Positions 1 to 11,380 of a DNA stretch of 64,000 nt are shown piece after piece (position 1 is the stretch's first letter; each line of letters starts with the position of its first letter). This stretch comes from Rebecca billardiae RCC1528 (lineage: Eukaryota > Protista > Haptophyta). Under the pieces are notes generated by a model that did not search any database, was not told the DNA's origin, and saw only the letters and a program-made list of their open reading frames with translations. A program made the position numbers and the translations under genes. Location of the stretch: assembly GCA_965240325.2 (NCBI GenBank), contig OZ251246.1:1178001-1242000 (forward strand), read 5' to 3'.

Positions 1-759
1 CAGTCACTTGTCGCACCTGTCTGACATGAATCGAGTTACCGTGTTAGAGCTGAGAGTGCTGAGTGGTCAGTCAGAGAGCACTAGAGCAGGTGCCGATAAG
101 AGGGGAATCAAACTGCATATGCAACTGAGCCTGGCCCAGACGCCGCTTACGCCAGAGTTCCGGGTCATTTGCATGAGACCAATTGAGCCTCGCGGGCACG
201 ACCCCCCGGGACTAGTGGCGACCGTACTCTGCCGTCCGTCCGAGGCGTCTCACGGTCCGGCCCCGCCGGATCCGGGAAGCATGAGTCAATGAGACACTCC
301 CTGCTTCAAGAACTACTGTGACCTAGAGGCTCTCAGGCACGCGCTACATCTTAACGATCAGCATCACGGACGGCAGGCGCAAGTCGGCGTGCGTCCGCGG
401 TGACCGGCGGGCGTGGCCGACTGCCGCCGCCTCCGGGGCAGAGTCGGCGGTCTCATGCAGCTCCCGAGACGCTCGGTCCCCTCTTGCATACTCATATAAT
501 CATGTGGAACACGCGCAGTTATCGCCCTTTCACTCCATACTTTCCGGGTAGTACGGCAGAGTATGACATCACTCGATCTCACCTGAATCTCAGGCTGAAA
601 ATTCGTAGTCGACGATCCCAAGTCCCAACCGGCACCAGGATCCGTGTGGAACGTCATTCGACGTCGTTCGTCAGCCCCAACTCGGGACGCCGGTCCCAGG
701 AGCTCTGGACGAAAGGCACCCCGCTGTGCTATTGAAATAGCAGCGCGGCCACGGCGTCC

Positions 760-3139
760 ATGGTCGACGTCGAGGCCCTGCAGCCCGGGAGGGATCCGCG
801 CGGCGACTCGCGCGTGGAGGGACCCCCCGTGGCGTCGGCTCCGTCGTCCGAGTCGCCCTTGCCGGCAGACACGCCCCTGGGGCTCCCGCGTCGGGGCTCG
901 CCGTCCGCCGTGAACGCGGACGGCTCGGGCGGGAGCGCGCCAGCCGCAGGGCGAGTGGTGGAGGCGGGCACGGCCGCACCGTCCCAGCCCAAAGGCGCCG
1001 TGGAGGCCGCCGCCGTGGGCGCCCACAACCTCGCTGACGCGCAGGTCCGAGCGCCGGTGCGTGCGGATGAGATCACGATCGACATCCGCGCGCACGATTC
1101 GGATGGCGACACGAGCGACAGCGGGAGCTCGATCCGCAAGTCCTCGTCGGGCTCGCTGCCTCCCGAGTCGAACGAGGTCGCCCCGGGTGGCACCGCCGTG
1201 GCGCGCGGCCCGTCCGACGAATCGACGCTCGGCACGCTCGGCGACGGCGAGCGCGAGCGTGGCGATTCGAGCGCGTGGCTGCGCTCGGTGCCGCGCCTGT
1301 CGCGGCTGAGCGGCGGCACGAAGAGCGACCTCGGCGTCGGCGCGCGGCGTCACTCCACGCCCCCCTGGCTGCGTGCGTCACAGCGCGGCAGCGGCGGCAA
1401 GGGCGCCGCGCTCGGCGACGACGGCTCGAGCCGGCGCGGCAGCCACTTCCTCGCGCCGCCCGTGCTGCTGCGCACCGCGTCCAACAGCAGTGCCGCGTTC
1501 GAGCGCTGGACGAGCGCCGCGCGGCAGGCGCCCGCGCTGGTGCTCGCCGAGCTGCAGAACGGCGAGTGGCACCCCGGCCGGCTGCTGCGCTCGCTGCTCG
1601 TCTTCATCCAGCTCGCCGTGATCCTCTACTACGCGAGCGAGCTGTACGAAGTGTACGAGGTCGCGCAGGCGAACCCGGCGACCTCGCTCGACACGCGCAC
1701 GGACGCGACGCTGCCCTTCCCGCACGTGGTGGTGTGCAACTCGTTCGCGCCCGGCGTGCGGCTCGAGCCGCTGACGTGCTCGCTCACCGGCGAGGCGGGC
1801 GGCAGCACCAACTGCATGGGCTCGTGGGAGTCGTTCGTGCTGCTGCCGGCGGGCGCGCGAGAGGCGGCGGACGCGGCGGCGGCGGACGCGGCGGCGGCGG
1901 CGGCGGCGGCGCGGCAGGCGGCGCCGTCGCTCGAGCCTGCGCTGGAGAAGAGCGTGGACGCGGCCGTGGGCGATGGCGGCGCGGCGGCGCGGGCGAACTC
2001 GAGCGACGGCTCCGGCGTGGAGCCGCTGCCGGCCGATGTGCGCGTCGGCGCTGCCGCCGGCGCTGCCGCTGCCGCAGCCGAGCACCCCGCCGCCGGCGCG
2101 CCAGCGGCGCCGGCAGCGCCCGCGGCGGCCGGCGCGCTGCCGGCCGACAGCGTGCAGTGCATCCGGTACGCGTCGAGCGCGGGGCCCTCGCACCGGTACG
2201 AGCACCTCGACCTCTCCGTGCGCGTGCACTCGGAGCAGTTCCCGCCGCCGCCCACGATGCGCGCGGTGAACGTCTGGCTGCTGGGCGAGCGCGCTCTCGA
2301 GGCGTTCAAGCGGGCGGCGCCCGCCGAGCTGCCGCTGCCGGACATGCACGCCGTGGAGGTGCGCTACCTCACGCGCGTGCTGCTGAGCAAGGTGGAGTCC
2401 GTGCTGCTCGAGCAGAGCAGCGCGCTCTCGCTCCCCAACTTCTTCAAGCACTACCGCCGGTGCGCGCGCGCGCGCGCGGCACGAGCGCGCCGCGAGCGCG
2501 CCAAGCGCCCCGGCGAGCCCGCGGCCGCGGCGCGGGGCGGCGGAGCGGCGGGTGGCACGCGCCGCCGCCGCGCCGCCCGCTGAGCGCGCGCCCACGCTCC
2601 CCGCGCGCTGTGTGCGCAGGTACGTTGGCCTGGACGACCGCCGGCTGCACGAGGCCGAGCGCTCCTCCGTCGACGCCTCGGGCAACACCGTCCTCGACGA
2701 GTACTCGCTCGCCACCGCCGTCGCGCCCGTGCAGGGCGCGTTTGCCTCGCTCGACTGCGTCTTCCTCGAGCTGCGCTGGAAGTCGACGACGGTCACGGTC
2801 AAGAAGCAGTACCGCACGTTCACCTTCGCGCAGTTCATGGCGGGCGTGTTCGCGACGACGACGTTCACCAACCTCGCGCGCGCGCTCATCGTGTACTGCG
2901 TCGCGCAGTGCGTGTACTTTGGGCGGCGCGTGAACAAGTGGCGGCGGCGGCGGCGGCGCGTCGCCAACGCCGCGGCGGGCGCGCCCGCGGCAGCGGGCGC
3001 GGACGCCGAGAGCGGCCGCGCGCTCACGCTGCGCGTGCCAGACAATGGCGCCATGCTCGACGACATCTGCGCCGCGAACGGAGGCCCCGCGGGCCGGAGG
3101 CATCCGGTGCTGCGTGCGGGCTACCTGCGGCTCGAATGA
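760..3139 (+). CDS. Putative two-TM trimeric ion channel, DEG/ENaC-PAC(TMEM206)-like; exons 760-2459 and 2620-3139 (~739 aa)
   Basis: Intron 2460-2619 (GTGCG..CGCAG) joins ORF 760 to the ORF 2552 frame. Ser/Arg-rich N-terminus, TM1 LLVFIQLAVILYY, post-TM1 LPFPHVVVCN, Cys-containing loop, VFLELRWK strand, TM2 FAQFMAGVFATTTFTNLARALIVYCV, basic tail. Confidence 0.7.
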
Positions 3140-4219
3140 TGAACGTCGGCTCCGCTCGGCTCGGCCTAACTAAGAATGACAGGGCCTGGCCCTGTGGCTG
3201 TGAGTTGAGCCGGTCGCGCGCGCTGATCTAGGCTGCGCTCAATCCCGCAATCCGGCGGACGTCCGTCTGACTGTCCGTGCTGAAGTGAGCAGACTGTCCG
3301 CGGACCCGGGCCGCCGCCGCGCCTACGGGGCCCGGGAAAGTCCCGCGCGACCGGATCAGACGCGGATGCCTATGGCTATGCCTATGACGGAACGCCCGGG
3401 ATTGGGAACGGTGTCGTCGTCGTCGCGTCAGTCATCGGTCAGACGAGACATACGACAGAGTCCGTGCTGCCTGCTGGCATCGGCCATGCCCGATGGCCAT
3501 GATGAGCTGCGGTGAGCACGGGCAGCAGCACCGTGACCGACACTGGCGACCGAGCAGACGACCGTACTCCGTAGTGTAGCACTCCAGCAGCAGCAGCCGA
3601 AGTATAACCGCGCCGCGCCGCGCCGCGCCACTCCGCCGGGATTCCGGTCCCGGAACCGTGACGTAGCCGGTAGCGCGGGCAACCGTACTCCTGACGTAGG
3701 CAGTACCCGACCCGCAGTACCCGCCTTACAATTACCGTTACACCGCTTACACGCACTCAGGCTTGACGTCTGCTGAGTCTGCTTTCTATCACTAGACACT
3801 ACGACCGCGACGCGATCACGCGATTCACTCTACCGTGGGCGTGAGGCGTGACGACGCCATCAATCAATGCGGCCATGACACCAGGATCCGAGCGGTCTGC
3901 GCCTGCGGTGTCAGATCACTGTGCGATGATCACACGGCAGCAGTCGTCGTCGTCGTCGTGGCATCATCGTCGCGCGCGTCAGTGAACCTCCCTCGCGCGC
4001 GGGACTGTCTGTCAGAATATTCATGACGATGCTGCGTGCATCATCATCATGACGACGATCAGCAGATTAATTACGGACTGATCACTCACTGACTGAGACT
4101 GATGCTCGGCGCGCCAGGGCTCCGAGGCTGATGATGCCGTGGCGGACGACTGCGTTGGTGCTCGACTGCGGTGGCCGTATCGCGACGCTCGTGCAGTCGG
4201 CGACGTCGGCCGCGCGACC

Positions 4220-4807
4220 CTATGCGCCCGCATCGGCGTTCTCGTCCCCCTTCTTGTCCTTGGGCACGCACTCGTTCGAGTCAGGCTTGCGCTGCAGCCC
4301 CACGCCCTCGCATGTGAAGGGGCCAAAGTACGAGGTGGTGTCGAAGCGCTCGGGCGCGGCGGCCGGGACGGCGAATGCAGACGCGGCGAGCTTGATCGCC
4401 TCGTCGAGGGCGCCGAGTACCGCCTTCGCCTCGGCGGTGGCGGCCGCCCTGCTGTCGTCCGGCTGGCGCGCGGCCACTCGCAGCTTCTCCAAGCTCTGTG
4501 TAAGCTCGGCTGGGATGGGCGCGGCACGCTCGCCCAGCGCGGGGACGAGGCGCTCAACGAGCGCAGGCGCGTCCTTCAGGTTGATGCTCGTGAACGTCGC
4601 GACGTACGTGAGCACCTCATCGGGCGCGCGCCCAGGCAGCTCGGTGACGAGCTCCTGTGCCTTGGCGCGCGCGGCCACGAGCTTGGCCACCTCGGGCGGA
4701 GGCGGCGGCAGCGCGGCTGGGGCGTCACGTGGCGCGAAGTGGACGATGGAGAGACCGGCCAGCACCCTGGACAGCGCGGCGCGGCGCGTTGCGCTGGCGA
4801 GGACCAT
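4220..4807 (-). CDS. Hypothetical protein (~195 aa) with twin-arginine (Tat)-like lumenal signal
   Basis: ATG at 4807 and coding-like codon use. N-terminus MVLASATRRAALSRVLAGLSIVHF...APAA; helical body; C-terminal Cys pair (FTCEG...NECV). Confidence 0.6.
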   Translation of the reverse strand: MVLASATRRAALSRVLAGLSIVHFAPRDAPAALPPPPPEVAKLVAARAKAQELVTELPGRAPDEVLTYVATFTSINLKDAPALVERLVPALGERAAPIPAELTQSLEKLRVAARQPDDSRAAATAEAKAVLGALDEAIKLAASAFAVPAAAPERFDTTSYFGPFTCEGVGLQRKPDSNECVPKDKKGDENADAGA

Positions 4808-5179
4808 GGGGAGCCTCGGACGCGGACTCCGCGGACTGACGCCGTGGCCGCGTGGCGATCGCGCGCTCGGCGTCGGGTTCGGTAGGATGGCGCGGCAACC
4901 TGCCACCGTGAGCCTTACGCACGTTAAAACAAATAAACTGTACAAGGCCCGCGGAAAACATCCTGGCCCGGCTTTGGTTCGCCCGGCCGTTGTTCGCCCG
5001 TTGATTGATTTGAGATTGATGACACGAATTCACGACAGACAGTCACTCACTGACTCAGTCAGTGTCACTTGTCACGTCGTCTGGCGGGTCACTTTCAGCA
5101 AACGAAACTTGACAAGGTGACTGCACCGAGTCTGTACGACATCTGAGGCTGCTTGAGCATGTCGGGTGGGCGAGCTATC

Positions 5180-5255
<76 letters not shown>
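5180..5255. repeat. (TA)n microsatellite
   Basis: Long TA run seen directly. Confidence 0.95.
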
Positions 5256-5258
<3 letters not shown>

Positions 5259-5303
5259 GAGTCTGCGAACTACCGCATACACGATCCAGTGCGCGCCGTA
5301 CAG

Positions 5304-5879
5304 TAGACAATCGCGGGCAATAAGAAGTCAGAGATCCGGAGATCCCACGGCTAGTCTCGGTTTCTTAGCCGATCCGTAGCCCGAGCGCCTGCGGAGTCTC
5401 AGTTCTTATGGGTCCGCGCCCGCCTCGCAGCGGGCGCAGCAGCGCGGGGGGCGCAGCGCGGTCCCCGGGGCAGTCGGCAGAGCCCCCCGCTGAGTTTTTA
5501 CGTACGGCCCGGCCGGCGAGGCCGAAGAAAACAGTTGGGCACCTTTGGAGGAAATATGGCATTACACGTATGTTGCAGGATGCCGGTGCACTACCAGTGG
5601 TCAGAAGGGCGCTGATGACGTGTCACGTGACTTGGAGCCCAAGCAGTAGGCGCGCGCCGCACCGCGCGCCGGCGACGGAGCGGCTGCCGGCCGGCCGCCG
5701 GCCGCCGGCTGAGGACGTACGCGTAGTCTCGCTTTCATATAGTGGGACTGTGCGTATATAGCGAACCAGCCAGTCGCTAGTCTCAGTTTCTAGGCCAGAT
5801 GATCCGCATCAGATATAGTAAGCCCCAGTTTCTTATGATAACGACGTCACAGCTCCGCTATTGCCGACGATATTGCCTG
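5304..5879. mobile_element. Degenerate MITE copy 1 (same family as 23779-24306)
   Basis: Collinear with 23779-24306 (caatcgcgggcaataagaagtcagagatc ... ctcagtttctaggccaga ... aagccccagtttctta ... attgcctg|TA). Confidence 0.8.
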
Positions 5880-6549
5880 TATAGTATGATACTAGTCCGT
5901 GTCGTGACTCGGCGAATCTATATAGTTTATCGGGCATCAGAATAATAATCGCCATACAGTATATCATCATCATCAATGATGATCAATCATCGGTGGCTCG
6001 GACGCCACGTGACACGTCGCGGCAGTATACTGCTACCGGCCGGTAGCTACTCTGCGACGACTCGACGATAGTAGTCGGTCGTCGTCTCAATAAGACGACA
6101 GACGCGGACTACTACTATATAGCCAAGCCGTAGTTATACAATATATATATACACCAGCGGTCGTTCGTCTGTAACTTATCCGGCCGATGGTGAGAGTATT
6201 TTTAATATATATTAAATATATAACAACTGTATATATATATATCAGCCGACCGCCGTCTTTATTATTACAATAATATATATATATATAAACATACTACATA
6301 TCAGCATCACATATACAATTTGTCATCGTCAAATATCAGCATCATCATATCATCAATAAGCTTCAAGGAATCCGCCGCGAGGCGGGACCGAGGCCGACTG
6401 GGCCCGTGGAGTCTGACGAGTGACGGACTGATGAGTCGCCGATGACCGACTGATGCGGGACGGTCACCGAGTCACTCCGCCGGCTCGCCCGTCACCGCGC
6501 AGGCGCGCAGATCCAGAAGCAGAACTCCGCCAGCAGCATCATATAGTCA

Positions 6550-7956
6550 TCATGCTGTGGCTGGCTGGCACCACTGTGTGCAATGGGGCTTGTGCGCCTT
6601 CCACATCTTGTGCTGGCAGGCCGAGGAGCAGAACACTGCCACCGAGCACTTGGCGCACTTCTTGAGCTTCTTGTGGGCTCCGCAGCCGGTGCATACGGTC
6701 GAGACGACGCCTCGCATCCAAACCGACTGCGCGAGCGTCGCAGCGGCCGATGCGTTCCCGGCTCGCGCGGCACGGCCGAGCCAGGAGGCGCCTTCGGCCA
6801 CTTCGCCCGTGCGCTGGGCCTCATCGACGTCAGAGCCGCTGGAGATGCCGGGGAGGCCCATGAGGAGGTAGCTGCCAAGGATGCCCATGGCCTCGGTGTT
6901 GCCGTCCTCGGCTGCGATGCGGAAGCGGCGCTGCGCCTCGACGTGGCACTGGGGCACGCCGCGCCCCCGCTGGTGCAGAATGCCCAGGTTGAAGTGCGCC
7001 TGCGTGTCGCCCTGGTTGGCCGCGAGCGTGTACCAGTGCGCGGCCTGCGCGTCGTCCTGCGGCACGCCATTGCCGCGCCAGTAGCACACGCCCAGGTCGC
7101 ACTGCGCGAGGACATGGCCGCGCGCCGCGGCGAGGTGGAACAGGCGCACGGCCTCGGCGGCGGCGCCTGGCTTGGCCGCGTTCTCGCCGCACTCGTACGT
7201 CTTGCCCACCATGTACATCGCCTGCGGGTCAAAGTCGGCCGACGCCGCGCGCAGCCAGCGCTCGGCCTCGCCTTGGTCGGTGGGCACGTCGTCCAGGCCG
7301 CCCATGTACCCCGCGGCGAGCATGGTCTGGGCGCGCGTGTGGCCGCGCGCGGCCGCCTTCTTGAGCCAGCGCATCGCCTCCGCCTCGTCTTGCGGCGCGC
7401 CCTGGCCCTGCAGGTACGCGAGGCCGAGCGAGAAGCAGGCCGCGGGCATGTGCTGCTTGGCCGCCGCGCGGAACCAGCGCACGCCCGCCTCCGCGTCAGC
7501 CGGCACGCCGTTGCCGTCACGCAGGCACTGGCCGAGGCAGTGCTGCGCCTCGGCGAGGCCAGCGTCGGCGCTGCGGCGCAGCCAGGTGCACCCGAGCGCG
7601 GCGTCGTGCGGCACGCCTTCGCCTTCGAGGTGGCACATGCCACGCATGTACGCCGCCTTGGGGACGCCCTGCTCCGCCGCCTTGAGGAACCACGCCGCCG
7701 CCTCGGCGTGGTTCACGCCATCGGCGCCGATGCCGCTGTCGAGCGCCTCGCCGAGCAGGAGTTGCGCCTCCGCGTGGCCCTGCTCGGCCGCAGCGCGGAA
7801 CCAGCGCACGGCCGCCGCAAAGTCGACAGGCACTCCGTCGCCGTCGACATAGCGACGGCCAAGGGTGTACTGCGCGAGGGCGCGGCCTTGCTCGGCGGCC
7901 TGCTGGAGCAAGCGCGTCGAGCTGCTAGCGCGATCGTTGTGGGGAGGGGGCACCAT
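6550..7956 (-). CDS. Sel1-like repeat protein with C-terminal MYND zinc finger (~468 aa, intronless)
   Basis: About 10 SLR units (AQxxLGxxYxxGxGVxxDxxxAxxWFxxAAxQG), then CTGC..CAKC..FCSSACQHKMWKAHKPHC. Confidence 0.9.
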   Translation of the reverse strand: MVPPPHNDRASSSTRLLQQAAEQGRALAQYTLGRRYVDGDGVPVDFAAAVRWFRAAAEQGHAEAQLLLGEALDSGIGADGVNHAEAAAWFLKAAEQGVPKAAYMRGMCHLEGEGVPHDAALGCTWLRRSADAGLAEAQHCLGQCLRDGNGVPADAEAGVRWFRAAAKQHMPAACFSLGLAYLQGQGAPQDEAEAMRWLKKAAARGHTRAQTMLAAGYMGGLDDVPTDQGEAERWLRAASADFDPQAMYMVGKTYECGENAAKPGAAAEAVRLFHLAAARGHVLAQCDLGVCYWRGNGVPQDDAQAAHWYTLAANQGDTQAHFNLGILHQRGRGVPQCHVEAQRRFRIAAEDGNTEAMGILGSYLLMGLPGISSGSDVDEAQRTGEVAEGASWLGRAARAGNASAAATLAQSVWMRGVVSTVCTGCGAHKKLKKCAKCSVAVFCSSACQHKMWKAHKPHCTQWCQPATA

Positions 7957-9268
7957 CGTCGGCCGTAGCAGCGCGGGCGGGGAGGGGGGCGTCGTTTGGG
8001 ACGAACGGGCGCACCACAAAGCGCTTTGAGCTTGTTCGACTTGGCCTGCTTGCTGCAACTTAATTGGCTCATGGGCCCGGGCGAATCAATTTCGCATCGT
8101 CGCGAGTACGGTAGCTACGGTACCCTAAATAGAAAAAAAACGACACAGGTAGGACGACGCCGGTCTCCCAGGTGATTCGTCGGTGGCAGTGCGCCAGTGC
8201 CCGATCACGTCGACACAAAGTCGGCGACTCGGCGTTGGTGGCAGAGCATACTGGCAGAGTAATAGCCTGCACCGCGATCGAATGCCAATGGCTTGAGCGC
8301 GGCTTTGAGCTGCTGGAGCGCGATCCACCTGCGCTGCGCGCGGCTCGCATGCTGATGGCGATGCGGCCCTCGGCTGTGTCCGGCCCGAGCGGCGCCAGCG
8401 AGGGGCTGACAGAGGAAGTGTGACGCAGGAATCCGCGGATGTAGTCAGCTAACCAGTGCCTAACGTCGAGTCCGCATAACCCCTTATTAATTGACTGGTC
8501 AGACTTAAGACTATGTAGTTCAGCATACTAGTTCGGGCGCCGCTGTCTCAGTGTCTCACCAGCTGAGTGAGCTGCGCCTGCGGAGTGCGGGGGCCAGGGC
8601 GCGGTCCGGCCTGTTTGCGCTTGCGGCCCGCGGCCGCGGGGCCGGGGCCGGCACTGGTGCGGTCTGGTGCCACTCCCCGCACCAGTCGCCACTCGTGCTG
8701 GCCTGCATGTAGTAGCTGCTGCCCGAGGTCGGCCCCGGCCCGGGGCGGGCTGCTCCGCTCGGCACACTCACACCTGAGGCTGTGCCTGTAAGTGCTGGGT
8801 GCGCGCGACGGCGTCGTCACGCTGGTGAGCCGGGCCGCGCTGCAAGCTGTGCCGCTGCGCCGCCGCGCCGACGGTGCGGCGCTGACCACTGTCACTGTGT
8901 CCACAGCCTAGTGGCACGGACTTGCGCAGGGAGCTGGGCGGGGCCTCACTCAGGCACCGCAGGTGTCGGGGGTCTGGGCTGGTTAGGGGCAGGGGCGCCA
9001 GGCCAGAGGCAGAGAGGCTGCTGTGAATCCGGCGGCCCCGTTTCAGGCCGCGCGGCGGGCCACGCCCAAGGGCGGTCTTGCCACGCCCCTCTGCAGGGGG
9101 ATCGCCACAGTTTACTGCTAAGTAATAAGACTGAGCAGACGCACACAGCTCAGGCTTGGCTCAGGCTGAGTGAGTGAGCTGTGTGCTGCTCAGGCAGGCG
9201 AGATACTGGAGATAGTCATAGATCTATGACCGCGGCATCATATCGCATCGCTTTGTTCGCGCACGAAA

Positions 9269-10768
9269 ATGGCGGCCGGCCGCCCGCACGAGGCCCAGCG
9301 CGCCCGGCCCTTCTCGCGGGTTGCCACCGCCATACTCGCGTGGTCTATCGCAAAGACGCGCGCCCAGAAGCCGCCGCCCGCCCTCGGCCTCGACACCGCC
9401 GGCTGGGAGGCCGCGGCGCAGGTGTGCGCGCCAGACATCCGGTGTGCCAAGCCCGGCCCTGGCTGCGAGCAGGAGCTGTGCGCCGAGGCGGGCGGCGCGT
9501 GCTCGATGGTGCCGCGCGATAGGTTCGCGGCGGCGGCGGCGCGCATCATGGCGCACCGCGCCGCGGCCAAGCACGACTACCTCCTCGGCGCGCGCGAGTA
9601 CGAGCATGCGCTCTCGGCGCGCGGGCTTTCGGCCTCGGATCGGCGCGTGGTGCTGGTGTCTGGCTCACTGGTGGGAGGCTTCTGGGCGGTGGTCCTCTCG
9701 GTGATGCACGGCGCGCTGGTCTCGCGGCTGATGGGGATGGACTTTGCGATCTGGCGCAATCACACACGCGACGGCATGTGCGAGGCCGAGTCGCACCCCG
9801 ACTGCTGGGGTGTGTTCTTCGCCCCGCCGCGCGACAGCACGGGTGCAGGCCAGGAGGTGAGCCGCGCGCTCACGGCGCACGCGCCGCTCCCGCCGGGCAG
9901 CGCTCTGGGCTTGGGCTGCGAGTCGCGCGTGCTGCTGTGGGAGCTCCACGGCATCCACGTCTACCCGAAACACATCCTCGAGGCGCGCGCCGAGCGCGCG
10001 CGCCGCGCCGTCCTCGTCCGGCACGTCGCGCAGCCCGCGCCCACGGTCGAGCGTTTCGTCAACCGGTGGTGGCAGCGGCACGTGCCGCGGGCGGCGGCGA
10101 GCGGTGCCGCGCCGCGCGTGCTCGGCGTGCACGTGCGCGGCACGGACAAGAGGCGCATCCCTCAGATCCGGCCGCGCTGCTACTTTGGGCTGATCGACGC
10201 CTACATCGCCAACGCGAGCCGGCGGGCGGCCGCTGGCTGGGAAGGGGACGGCGGCGGCGGCGCGGGCGCGGGCGGCGGCGCGGGCGCGGGCGGCGGCGGT
10301 GCGGACGAGGCAGAGGCTGGGCTCGAAGTGTACATCATGCTCGCGACGGACGACGCCAAGTTTGAGCGCGAGATGCTCGAACGGTACGGCGAGCGCCGCG
10401 TGCTTCGGCAGAGCGACGACATCCTCCGTGGCAGAGGGCGACTCCCGATCTGGCGGCAGCCGCATGCGCCGAAGCACCGCCGCTCGTTCGAGGTGCTGGT
10501 GGACACGCTGCTGCTGGCGCGCACGGACTTCCTGCTCAAGTCGGCGTCGGCCGTCTCGGAGTTCGCGCTGTACTACAACCCACGCCTCTCGTCGCACGAC
10601 CTGCAGATCCTGAACAGCCCGATGCCGGAGTGGGCGCTCACACCGGATGCGCGGCGCACGCTTGAGAGAGCGCCACGCAGGGGCTGCCCGGGCACGAGCT
10701 TTGGCCATCCCAAGCCGCTGAGCTGGACCCCCAACAGGGAGCGACGCGATGGGGCGGTCGTGCTGTAG
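9269..10768 (+). CDS. NodZ/FUT8-like (GT23-type) fucosyltransferase
   Basis: Fucosyltransferase motifs I (LGVHVRGTDK), II (VYIMLATDD) and III (VLVDTLLLARTDFLLKSASAVSEFA); N-terminal hydrophobic segment. Confidence 0.8.
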   Translation: MAAGRPHEAQRARPFSRVATAILAWSIAKTRAQKPPPALGLDTAGWEAAAQVCAPDIRCAKPGPGCEQELCAEAGGACSMVPRDRFAAAAARIMAHRAAAKHDYLLGAREYEHALSARGLSASDRRVVLVSGSLVGGFWAVVLSVMHGALVSRLMGMDFAIWRNHTRDGMCEAESHPDCWGVFFAPPRDSTGAGQEVSRALTAHAPLPPGSALGLGCESRVLLWELHGIHVYPKHILEARAERARRAVLVRHVAQPAPTVERFVNRWWQRHVPRAAASGAAPRVLGVHVRGTDKRRIPQIRPRCYFGLIDAYIANASRRAAAGWEGDGGGGAGAGGGAGAGGGGADEAEAGLEVYIMLATDDAKFEREMLERYGERRVLRQSDDILRGRGRLPIWRQPHAPKHRRSFEVLVDTLLLARTDFLLKSASAVSEFALYYNPRLSSHDLQILNSPMPEWALTPDARRTLERAPRRGCPGTSFGHPKPLSWTPNRERRDGAVVL

Positions 10769-11380
10769 TGATCGTCGTACGCGGCCACTCTACCCCAAGT
10801 CTACCGTGAAATTCATTTAACCGGCGGCGCGCCACTCACACTGGCAAGCGCCCCAAGTCGACTCGGCGGTGGGCGCAGGACATCACTGCGCTGCGGGTGC
10901 CACGTGATCCTTGGCCAGCTGATCTGCGCCTCCTGAAGCACACGGTGAGCAAGGGCAGCTCAAGCAAACGCTCTTGAGCCGCAAGGTAACGGAGTGCGAC
11001 GCACCGCCGCGGCGCGCCCGGGCCTGCCCGAAACTAGCGGCCAGTAGCTGCCCGGGTCGTGTGCGCGTCGTGCGGCCACGGACGAGGCAGCGCCGCGCGC
11101 ATCCACTCTACTGTCGCGAATACCACGTATTCACGTCCAGAGCCTACACGCACGTAACGTGCTGCGAGCCGTCCGCCTGCGGCCTTGCCTCCGTGGAGTT
11201 GGCGCGCAGGCGCTCGTCGCCCGCCATCGTGCAAACAAACCTGACGATAACCACTCGGACTCTGTGAACAGTTTCGTCCGCTGACAATGACGAGCTTCGT
11301 TCATCACCCGTGCGCAGCGGGAAAGCCGAGGCACGCACGATTCCTGCTGCTCGGGCCCGAAAGCTCCCCGGGTGCGCGCC

